64,000 nt of DNA from Candidatus Binatia bacterium. GTDB lineage: Bacteria > Desulfobacterota > Binatia > HRBIN30. Positions within the stretch are counted from its first letter, which is position 1. The number at the start of each line of letters is the position of its first letter. The stretch covers positions 1 through 64,000 of the forward strand of contig JBBRSP010000026.1 in the NCBI GenBank assembly GCA_038245295.1, written 5' to 3'. Positions 7,796 to 15,742 of the stretch are shown here, piece after piece. A program made the translations under genes and the position numbers. Below the pieces are notes generated by a model, which worked only from the letters and a program-made list of their open reading frames with translations, ran no database searches and was not told the origin of the DNA.

Positions 7796-8992
7796 TCAGC
7801 CGCAGGCTCCCGACGCCTTCAACGCCGCGATCTCTGCCTCGCTTTTGCCGAGCTCGCGCAGACACTCGTCGGTATGGCCGGCCAACTCGGCCGGCGGGAT
7901 GCGCAGCGAGCCAGGTGTTTCACTCATCTGGAAGACGACGTTCATTGTCTTGAAACGGCCGTGTTTCGGATGCGCCCAGTCGGCCACCGAACCGTTCACC
8001 TTCAACTGCGGCATCGCGAACATCTCTTTGAGGTTATTGACTCGACACGACGGCACATCGGCCTTGGCGCATAAGTCGATCCAGTGGTCGCAGGTATTGG
8101 TCAGGAAGATGTCGTGGAGGATGCCGACGATTTCGTCGCGGTTCTGACAGCGGACCGTGTTGCTGACGAACTTGGGATTCTCTTGAAGATCGGCGCGCCC
8201 GAGGGCTTCGACCAGCCGCTTGTAAAAGGCGTTGGTCAGGCAGGCGACGATGAAATACCCATCGCTCGCCTGGAACGCCTGGTAGGGGACCAGATCGGGA
8301 TGGCCGTTACCGAACTTGGCGTAGTCGAAACCGGTGTTGAGGTGCGCCGTCGAGATGTCGGCAAGCAGCGAGATGACGGCATCGAGCATTGCCAGATCGA
8401 TGCGTTGGCCGACGCCCGTCTTCTCTCTGTGCAGCAGCGCCAGCGCGATTGCATAGGCGGCGTAGATGCCTGATGAAATGTCGGCCACCGGACCCGCCGC
8501 CTTCGCCGGCGGACCGCCAGGAAAACCCGTCAGCCCCATCATGCCGCCGGTCGCCTGAAGGATGAGATCCATCCCAGGGCTCTGCTGCATCGGGCCGGTC
8601 TTGCCGAAGGCGGTGATCGCCGCATAGATAATCTTCGGGTTGACCTTCCTGAGATCGTCGTAGCCAAGCCCGAGCCGATCGGTGACGCCGGGGCGGAAGT
8701 TCTCGACGACGACATCGGCGTGGCGCGCGATGTCGCGAATCAGGGCCGCGCCGTCCGGGTTCTTGATGTCGACACCGACGGAGCGCTTGTTACGGTTCAG
8801 CCCCCAGAAATTGTAACTACCGACCTTCGGATCGGCGCCGCGGGCGTAGCGGATGCTGTCGCCGCGACCAGGCTTTTCGATCTTCCAAACATCGGCACCC
8901 ATGTCGCCGAGAAGCGTGGTGCACCACGGGCCGGCCGCCTGATGGCTCAGATCAATGACGCGCACACCCTTGAGCGGGCCTTTGTTTTCCAC
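7796..8992 (-). CDS. CaiB/BaiF family III CoA-transferase
   Basis: PLKGVRVIDLS, AGPWC..LLGDMGADV, NRNKRS and VENFRPG motifs; GTG start at 8992 with AAGGAG RBS. Confidence 0.93.
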   Translation of the reverse strand: MENKGPLKGVRVIDLSHQAAGPWCTTLLGDMGADVWKIEKPGRGDSIRYARGADPKVGSYNFWGLNRNKRSVGVDIKNPDGAALIRDIARHADVVVENFRPGVTDRLGLGYDDLRKVNPKIIYAAITAFGKTGPMQQSPGMDLILQATGGMMGLTGFPGGPPAKAAGPVADISSGIYAAYAIALALLHREKTGVGQRIDLAMLDAVISLLADISTAHLNTGFDYAKFGNGHPDLVPYQAFQASDGYFIVACLTNAFYKRLVEALGRADLQENPKFVSNTVRCQNRDEIVGILHDIFLTNTCDHWIDLCAKADVPSCRVNNLKEMFAMPQLKVNGSVADWAHPKHGRFKTMNVVFQMSETPGSLRIPPAELAGHTDECLRELGKSEAEIAALKASGACG

Positions 8993-9038
8993 AGTGACTC
9001 CTTCTCGATTATGGCAGGTCCGGCGGCGATACGAACCC

Positions 9039-9060
9039 CATCCCGGCGAAGGCCGGGATG
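9039..9060. repeat. Intact REP-type hairpin related to the CGTC family
   Basis: CATCCCGGC-GAAG-GCCGGGATG; same stem as the hairpins carried inside the MITE. Confidence 0.7.
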
Positions 9061-9116
9061 CACTGATGGAACGCAAACGCACCCTGCGCGATTAGAGGCT
9101 GTACCGGGTGCCCGCC

Positions 9117-9319
9117 CAATGTCGTTAAGGTAAGCGTTCTCATCCTGGGTTCTCGATTCTGGGTTCGCGGTTCTCGATGCGTTCGCGCTCCTTGCGAGGA
9201 CCGCCGGGGCACCGGCTTCAACGCATCGAGAATGGAGGACCCAGAGCTCAGAATCGAGAATGAGAACTTGCCGGCTTTCATCAGAACTACTCGAGTCGAT
9301 CGCCAACTTAACGACACTG
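9117..9319. mobile_element. IS4-like MITE (203 bp) containing a heptamer-repeat palindrome
   Basis: Terminal inverted repeats CAATGTCGTTAAG / CAGTGTCGTTAAG (12/13). Flanking 10-bp direct repeats GGTGCCCGCC (9107-9116) and GGTTCCGGCC (9320-9329). Internal 48-bp inverted arms at 9136-9183 and 9220-9267. Confidence 0.65.
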
Positions 9320-9332
9320 GGTTCCGGCCTTC

Positions 9333-9492
9333 GAGCCTGTCGATAAACTGAAATGAAGCAACGTCATCCCGGCGAAAGCCGGGATCTCCTCGAGTGGAAG
9401 GCCAAAAATGCTGGGGAGATACCGGCGTTCGCCGGTATGACGGAAGTGTTTGCGCAGTTCCAGACGATGAATCGGAGAAAGTCGACAGTCTC
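9333..9492 (+). mobile_element. Hairpin-targeting MITE, copy C (complete, 160 bp)
   Basis: Terminal inverted repeats GAGCCTGTCGA / TCGACAGTCTC (10/11). 4-bp target duplication CTTC at 9329-9332 and 9493-9496. Internal inverted CGTC-REP pair at 9362-9388 and 9416-9442. Confidence 0.85.
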
Positions 9493-9522
9493 CTTCGCCG
9501 GAACGACGCTTACCGTCCGCAT

Positions 9523-11088
9523 TCATGCGAACTGTTCCTTGAGGACCGCCGTTTGCACCTTGTTGGCGGCATTGCGCGGCAGCGCTTCGACGAATTCGAC
9601 ACGCCGCGGCTTCTTGAAACCAGCCAGCCGCTTGGCGGCGAACTCGAGCAGCACTTCACGATCGAGCGCCGCACCGCTCTGAACCACGATGACGGCGGTG
9701 ACCTGCTCGCCCCACTTGGGATGCGGCGTGCCGATCACGGCGACGTCGGCAACAGAGGGATGAGTGCGCAGTACATCTTCCACTTCGACCGGCGATACGT
9801 TTTCACCACCAGTGATGATGAGATTCTTCACACGCCCCGTGATGTAGAAGAACCCCTCGGCGTCGCGGCGGCCAAGGTCGCCGGTATGCAGCCAACCATC
9901 GCGGATCGTCGCCGCGGTGGCAGCCTTGTCGCGGTAGTAGCCGGCCATCACGGTGGGGCCGCCAATCACCAACTCGCCGTCCGCGTCGACATCGGCGAGT
10001 TGTCCGTCGGAACGGCGCACCGCGACAATGACGTGCGGGTTCATGCAACCGACGGTACCCGGATGCTCGAAGACGCGGCCGGCGCGCGCCATAGCGACGC
10101 CGTTAGTCGACTCCGACTGTCCATACGCTTCAATGATCTCCGCGCCGCCGAAGATGTCGGCCAGCGCACGCTTCGCTTCCATTGGTGTCGCGGCGCCGCC
10201 GACGGAAACTTTCTGCACACAGTTGCGCACAAGGTCGGGAACTCGACGCAGGTTGACGACATCGAAGACCATGCCGGCGATGAGGGGCAGATCGGTGATG
10301 CGGTAGCGTTCGGTTGCTTCCAGGAGGCTCGCCGTATTGAAACCGTCGAACAGCACCGTGGTCGAGCCAAGCAGCAGGCGGCAGAGGAGATGCGAGACGA
10401 ACACCGGTGTATGGGTCAGTGGGCTGATCGATGCACCGACACTGGCCGCCGAATCGCCGCGCGCCGTTGCACAGGCAAGGGCGGACCACAGCAGATTGCG
10501 ATGGCGGATCATCACGCCCTTCGGAGCACCCGTCGTACCGGAGGTGTACGCGAGCACCGCAAGGTCATCGGGGTGCGGAAGAGCCGATCGACCGACGGAA
10601 GCTTTGGCCGCGTGGCGCGCGCGACGGGCGATGCGCGGCGTCAGGGGAAACGTTTGCTTCACCACATAGAGCGGCAGGCCGAGACGCTTCGTCGCTTCGG
10701 CCGCGAGTCCTTCTCGCGGCTCGTCGCAAACCATGGCGACGGCGCGCGAGTGACGCAACAGATTGGTCAGCTCGTCGACGGTGGAGCGAATCGAGATCGG
10801 CACCGTCACCGCGCCGACCTCCCAGAGAGCGTAACTCGTCGCCACGATGGCCGGGGAGTTGGCGATGCTGACGGCGACATGGTCACGCCGCCCGATCCCA
10901 CGGGCCGCTAGCCAAGCCGCAGCGGCATCCACCTCGCGCGCCAGTTCTCCAAAGGTGTGGCGACGATCGGCAAAGATCAGCCCGCCCTCATTGCCGCGCC
11001 GCAGCCCTTGTTGATGCAAAAACGCAGCGGACGTCGGCAGTAGAAGCGACTCCGGCGTTGGTGAAGGCGATGCAACACGACGCGACAT
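9523..11088 (-). CDS. Acyl-CoA synthetase (long-chain fatty acid/MenE-like)
   Basis: YTSGTTGAPKG, YGQSE, WLHTGDLG and LPRNAANKV motifs. Confidence 0.92.
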   Translation of the reverse strand: MSRRVASPSPTPESLLLPTSAAFLHQQGLRRGNEGGLIFADRRHTFGELAREVDAAAAWLAARGIGRRDHVAVSIANSPAIVATSYALWEVGAVTVPISIRSTVDELTNLLRHSRAVAMVCDEPREGLAAEATKRLGLPLYVVKQTFPLTPRIARRARHAAKASVGRSALPHPDDLAVLAYTSGTTGAPKGVMIRHRNLLWSALACATARGDSAASVGASISPLTHTPVFVSHLLCRLLLGSTTVLFDGFNTASLLEATERYRITDLPLIAGMVFDVVNLRRVPDLVRNCVQKVSVGGAATPMEAKRALADIFGGAEIIEAYGQSESTNGVAMARAGRVFEHPGTVGCMNPHVIVAVRRSDGQLADVDADGELVIGGPTVMAGYYRDKAATAATIRDGWLHTGDLGRRDAEGFFYITGRVKNLIITGGENVSPVEVEDVLRTHPSVADVAVIGTPHPKWGEQVTAVIVVQSGAALDREVLLEFAAKRLAGFKKPRRVEFVEALPRNAANKVQTAVLKEQFA

Positions 11089-11097
11089 GGAGCGCCC

Positions 11098-11127
11098 GAA
11101 CTAACGTTTGTTCAGGGCCGGTGTCAA
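11098..11127 (-). promoter_or_regulatory. Putative sigma70 promoter directly before the acyl-CoA ligase start
   Basis: TTGACA-N18-TAGTTC-N9-ATG; no SD. Confidence 0.5.
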
Positions 11128-11159
11128 CCGGCACCTCGAACGACGGCTCGCTGCTTCAC

Positions 11160-11750
11160 TCACCCCAGTTCGGCGGCCGTCGTGACAACGCGCGACACCA
11201 GACCGTACTCAACCGCTTCGTCGGGACCCATCCAGTAATTCTTCTCGGTATCCTTCTCGACGCGCTTGAGGGGCTGGCCGGTGCGTTCGGCGATGATCTG
11301 GTTCAAGCGCCCACGCATCTTAATGATCTCTTGCGCCTCGATGTGGATGTCGGTGGCGCGGCCACCGGCGCCGCCGGCCGGCTGGTGGATCATGAATCGG
11401 GTGTTCGGCAGGCAGAAGCGATCTTCCTTCTCGGCGGCAAGGAAGATGTGCGCCCCGGCGCTGGCGACCCAGCCCGTGCCGATCATCCGAATACGCGGCG
11501 GAACGAAACGTAGAATGTCGAAGATCGTATCGGCGGCCTCGACGTGTCCGCCAGGCGAGTGAACATAGACAGTGATCGGATCATTGCTCGCCGCGGCCAG
11601 AGCCAGGGCCTGGGCGGTGATCACTTGCGCCCCCATCATATTGATCTCGCCGCAGATCAGGATCGTGCGGCTCTCGAAGAGACGTTTGCCAACCGTGGAC
11701 AACAAACCGCGCGCCGCCGTGCTGCGCTCGGGATCTTCTTTCTTCTTCAT
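11160..11750 (-). CDS. clpP: ATP-dependent Clp protease proteolytic subunit (paralog type)
   Basis: HSPGGHV, GWVASAGA (catalytic Ser) and MIHQPAGG (His) motifs; ATG 11750 with GGAGGA RBS. Confidence 0.92.
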   Translation of the reverse strand: MKKKEDPERSTAARGLLSTVGKRLFESRTILICGEINMMGAQVITAQALALAAASNDPITVYVHSPGGHVEAADTIFDILRFVPPRIRMIGTGWVASAGAHIFLAAEKEDRFCLPNTRFMIHQPAGGAGGRATDIHIEAQEIIKMRGRLNQIIAERTGQPLKRVEKDTEKNYWMGPDEAVEYGLVSRVVTTAAELG

Positions 11751-11875
11751 GCATTCCTCCGCACAGGTGCGTGTAGAGAAGGGCAGGGGCAGTCGCAAGA
11801 CTGGTGAAGACGGGTGCGGGCTTCAGGGTCCAGGGTGCGCCTGAACCCCGCACCCCGTACCCAGTCCTCTGTTCG

Positions 11876-12973
11876 CTAGACCGGCTGGTACAACTCCACG
11901 AACACCGTTCGCCCACCGTCGATCTTGCGGACCAGCAACCAGTCGCCCTTGTATGCCTTGTGATCGAACGGGCCGAGGCTCATATGCGTCCGCGGCCCGC
12001 CATTCACGGCGGGGAGCATGCGAACCTTCTCCAGTCCTTCCTTGAGGCCGCGTGGTGTCAGCAAGTTCGCGCGGGCGATTGCTTCGCTGATGAGCGCCGC
12101 CGTATCCCAGCTCAAGGCCGTAACCGTATGGTCGCGACGCTTGCCGAGCTTCTCGGCGACGCGATCGAAGACCGGTTGCAGACGCGGATTGTCTTCACAC
12201 ATCTGATCGATGCCGTACCACCCCTCGAGCGCCGCCATCCATTCCGGCTTGGCGTAACAGAACTGGAACGCGGTGGTCATGATGCGCGGTGGGTTCCACG
12301 CCATCTTCTGGAAGATCGGCCCCATCAAGATCGTCGGGTAGCCGTAGCCGAGATAGGCGAGACAGTCGGGACCTTGCGCACGGATCTTGGTGAGGATGGC
12401 TTCGAGGTCGTCGGGAACCTGCGACGTGTAGGCTTCGATCAAGACGTCGAGACCCTGGCGCGCCGCGTAGTAGCGGAAGTTCGAGGCATACTCGACGCCG
12501 CCGGGACTGATCTCGTGAATCATGCCGACACTGCGGTAGCCCTGACCCTTGATCCACGCCGCCATGATGGCGGCCTCTTCGGCGAGCCCACCGTTGCCGA
12601 GATTGAAGCAGTACTCGCCCCAGTAGCGATCGGTGCCGGTCCACGTGACCGCCGGCACCTCGGTACGATTGATCACCGGCGCCAGAGCTAGCGAGTTGTC
12701 GGTGATCAGCGGGCCAATGGTGCACAGGACCCCCTGATCAACCAGATCGAGGTAGCCATCGATCGAGTTCTTCGCCTCGAGGCGAGGGAGGCCGATGGCT
12801 TCCTTGACCACCAGCTCGACGCGTCGTGTGATGACGCCGGTAGCGTGAAAGTGGTCGAACGCGATACGCAGCGTTGCCAGGAAGTCCTCTTTGGTCCCCA
12901 TATCGAGATCGATGAGGACACCGATCTTGATCGGGGCAAAGGCCAGGCCGTGGGGCGTCTTTGTGTCGGCCAT
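11876..12973 (-). CDS. LivK/type-I periplasmic-binding-fold ligand-binding protein without a signal peptide
   Basis: PIKIGVL, CTIGPLITDN, YCFNLG, VGMIHE and LSWDTA pattern. Confidence 0.8.
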   Translation of the reverse strand: MADTKTPHGLAFAPIKIGVLIDLDMGTKEDFLATLRIAFDHFHATGVITRRVELVVKEAIGLPRLEAKNSIDGYLDLVDQGVLCTIGPLITDNSLALAPVINRTEVPAVTWTGTDRYWGEYCFNLGNGGLAEEAAIMAAWIKGQGYRSVGMIHEISPGGVEYASNFRYYAARQGLDVLIEAYTSQVPDDLEAILTKIRAQGPDCLAYLGYGYPTILMGPIFQKMAWNPPRIMTTAFQFCYAKPEWMAALEGWYGIDQMCEDNPRLQPVFDRVAEKLGKRRDHTVTALSWDTAALISEAIARANLLTPRGLKEGLEKVRMLPAVNGGPRTHMSLGPFDHKAYKGDWLLVRKIDGGRTVFVELYQPV

Positions 12974-12991
12974 ACTCGTCCTCCGTAGGGC

Positions 12992-14719
12992 CTACTCTTC
13001 CCATCGATGCAGGTTGCCGGCGGCCTCAAAACGCTTGCGCATTGTTGCGAGTTCCGCGACCATTAGCCGCTGGTAGGCTCCATCCTTGGTCGGCCGCCAA
13101 TAGATCGGATCGTCGAGGCGATCGATCAGGAACTTCTCGCGGCGGAGTTGCCGTTTGAGTACCTTGTTGGTGTGTGTCACCGCCAACTGATCGGCGATGC
13201 GCACAAAACGCGGACGCCAGCGCAGCGGCAACTGGGCCGGGCCATCAACAAAATGAGCCAGTGCGACGGGGTCGAAGGGCACGGCGCTCTGCATCTTCAA
13301 GGTGGCCATCACCTGGTCGCCCGCTTCCGGATCGGGGACACCGTAGACACTGGCCAGCATCACTCCGTCGAAGCGCGACAGGGCTTCTTCAATCGGACGC
13401 GCTAGAAAGTTTTCGCCACCGACGCGGATCCATTCGGCGTCGCGCCCGGCGAAGTAGATGAAGCCTTCGGAATCGCGGTAACCGAGATCGCCCGTACGGA
13501 ACCAGCCGCCGCGCGTGCGTTCGGCGGTCGAGTCGGGATCCTTGTAGTAGCCCTCGAACATCAGCACACCGCCGGTGTTGACGATCTCGCCAACCGCTGC
13601 GTCCGGGTTGAGCAGATGCCCGGTAGCATCGAGCTGCGCCACCGCGCACTCGGTGCCCGCTTCGTTGAGGATCTTGACGTCGGCGGAGCGTCCGAGTGCT
13701 TTGGCTGGATCTCCCGCAGCCCGCGAGAACCCGACGCCGACTTCACTCGCTCCATACCCGTCGACAACCTGGCAGCCGAAGCGCTCGGCAAAGGCCTCGA
13801 TGTACTGACGCGGCGCCTCGTTGCCGTAGGCAAGGCGCAGTGTGTTGTCGGCGTCGTCCGGCTGCGCCGGTGTGTCCATGATGTAGGCGAACGGTGTGCC
13901 GACATAGTTGAACAGGGTCGCGCTGAAGCGCCGCACATCGGGCAAAAAGCCGCTCTTGCTAAACCGCCGCGCCAGGGCGAGGCAGGCTCCGGATGTAAGA
14001 GCCGTTGCCACGGCGAGGATCTGCGCATTGGCGTGAAACAGCGGCATGGCGCAGTACACGGTGTCGGCGGAGGTGCAGTGGCACATGGTCAGGCACGCCC
14101 CGAAGCCGGTCATCATGAGACGCCCCTGGCTGTTGAGCACGCCCTTTGGCGCCTTCGTCGTGCCGGAGGTGAAGATCAGTACCAGCAAGTCAGAGGCTTC
14201 GACTTCGAGAGCCGGATCGCTGACTGGCACAGTGAGCAGTGCGTCGCGCAAGTGCTCCCAATGCGGGAACGAACGCTCGGCTTCCGTGTCCTCGCTATCC
14301 GTGAGCCAGATGCGCGCCCGGATACTACCGTCCGACTCCATCGCCTCTTGCAGTTGCCGGGCGTAGCGTGGTTCGACGATGATGAGCTCACAGTCAGAGT
14401 AGGCAATGTCGCGAGCGAGAAACTCGCCGGTGCGTGTTGGGTTGAGGCCGATGAGCGCGGCACGGGCGAGGGCGCAGCCGTATTCGACGAACAAGAATTC
14501 CGGCGTGTTGTCCATGAGGACGCCGACGTGAAAGGGTCGCCCCGGATCGTGGTGCTTCAGAAGCAGGTTTGCGCGTTGCGCCGCCGCGTCGAATTGGGCG
14601 CCGAAGGTCCATGTGCGATCTTCGAATTTTAGAGCGATCCTGTCACGGCTATCGTCGCGTCGTTGTCGCAGTGCCGCCGCCACCGTCGGGAACGGACCAC
14701 CATTGATCTCATTACTCAA
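12992..14719 (-). CDS. Acyl-CoA synthetase, FadD17/FadD1-like
   Basis: IFTSGTTKAPKG, AMPLFHANA, FAERFGCQVVDGYGASE and FRTGDLGY motifs; TTG start with GAGGAG RBS. Confidence 0.9.
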   Translation of the reverse strand: MSNEINGGPFPTVAAALRQRRDDSRDRIALKFEDRTWTFGAQFDAAAQRANLLLKHHDPGRPFHVGVLMDNTPEFLFVEYGCALARAALIGLNPTRTGEFLARDIAYSDCELIIVEPRYARQLQEAMESDGSIRARIWLTDSEDTEAERSFPHWEHLRDALLTVPVSDPALEVEASDLLVLIFTSGTTKAPKGVLNSQGRLMMTGFGACLTMCHCTSADTVYCAMPLFHANAQILAVATALTSGACLALARRFSKSGFLPDVRRFSATLFNYVGTPFAYIMDTPAQPDDADNTLRLAYGNEAPRQYIEAFAERFGCQVVDGYGASEVGVGFSRAAGDPAKALGRSADVKILNEAGTECAVAQLDATGHLLNPDAAVGEIVNTGGVLMFEGYYKDPDSTAERTRGGWFRTGDLGYRDSEGFIYFAGRDAEWIRVGGENFLARPIEEALSRFDGVMLASVYGVPDPEAGDQVMATLKMQSAVPFDPVALAHFVDGPAQLPLRWRPRFVRIADQLAVTHTNKVLKRQLRREKFLIDRLDDPIYWRPTKDGAYQRLMVAELATMRKRFEAAGNLHRWEE

Positions 14720-14747
14720 GACTTCGTCTCCTCACGCTTCATCTGAT

Positions 14748-14982
14748 TCATGATTCCTTCGAAGGGAGAGTTTGCCGCCCGAGCAGTCCGGCCGCAAACG
14801 TGCGGCGATCGGCAAGCGCCAAAGAACGCTGCATGGCGGACGTCAGCGCGCCGCGGTGAGCGACAGGATTTGCCGACGACATCGTAGTCGATCTCGTCGA
14901 GGAATCGCTGGCTGCGCCGTTCCGGAGTCAGGCGCCGCAAGAACGCGGCGTCGCGGGCCGTGAAGCCGAAGTCTTTGAGCAC
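14748..14982 (-). pseudogene. Internally deleted remnant of a conserved hypothetical protein
   Basis: N-terminal piece FLRRLTPERRSQRFLDEIDY...CRSPRR joined out of frame to LTSAMQRSLALADRRTFAAGLLG...stop. Both resemble the two ends of a roughly 200-aa family I recall; not verified. Confidence 0.45.
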
Positions 14983-15013
14983 GGGCGCGCGTATATCAGT
15001 CAGGGCGGGGAAG

Positions 15014-15043
15014 TCGACAGTGGGCCCGACGCGGTGGCATAAG
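15014..15043 (+). promoter_or_regulatory. Putative leaderless promoter of the NIPSNAP gene
   Basis: TCGACA-N18-CATAAG (TG-extended)-N6-ATG. Confidence 0.45.
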
Positions 15044-15049
15044 TGCTCG

Positions 15050-15742
15050 ATGCTTTATCTCCACGAGATGATCGACATTGTCGGCGAAGGATCGCCGGCG
15101 TACATGGACACGGCGGTCGAGCGCTCGCGTCATTCCGAGAGCCAGGGTATCTCGCGCCTGTTTGGCGTGTGGCGCGTCATCGGCAGTACCAATCGCTGGC
15201 CGCGTGTCGTCAATCTTTGGGAGATGGATAGCTGGGAGCACTGGGCCGCAACCCTGGAACGTCAGTTTCTACCCGACAAACAGGACGCCGCCTTGGCGCC
15301 GTGGTGGAAGCAGGCTCTGCAGTGGCGCAGCGGTGGTTTCGATCGCATTCTGGAGCCGGCCCCGTACTCACCGAGTCGCGATGCGCTGCGCGCCAGTGGT
15401 TTGAAGTCATGGGTGACGGAACAGACGATCCTACGAACGCAGCCAGGCATGCGCGCCGACTTTCTGCTCGCCGTCGAGAAGCATCTCCTACCAATCCTTT
15501 CCAAGGAGAAGCTATCCCTCCTGGGGGCGCATAGCGCGCCGATGCGTAGCGACGAAGTGGTACTGCTCTGGTGTGCTAGCGACTTTGCCGCTCTGTGTGC
15601 CTCGGCCGCCGGTCGCGGCACCGATCGCGCCTGGCAGGATTGGCAGCAGCTGCTGGCCATGACGTGTTTGGAAAGTGAAACGATGTGGCTGGTGCCATCG
15701 GCGAAATGCTTCTTCCACCCGCTCTTCAAGGCGCAGGAATAA
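15050..15742 (+). CDS. NIPSNAP-like dimeric alpha/beta barrel protein
   Basis: LFGVWRVIGSTNRWPRVVNLWE and WRSGGFDRILEP; duplicated domain layout. Confidence 0.7.
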   Translation: MLYLHEMIDIVGEGSPAYMDTAVERSRHSESQGISRLFGVWRVIGSTNRWPRVVNLWEMDSWEHWAATLERQFLPDKQDAALAPWWKQALQWRSGGFDRILEPAPYSPSRDALRASGLKSWVTEQTILRTQPGMRADFLLAVEKHLLPILSKEKLSLLGAHSAPMRSDEVVLLWCASDFAALCASAAGRGTDRAWQDWQQLLAMTCLESETMWLVPSAKCFFHPLFKAQE

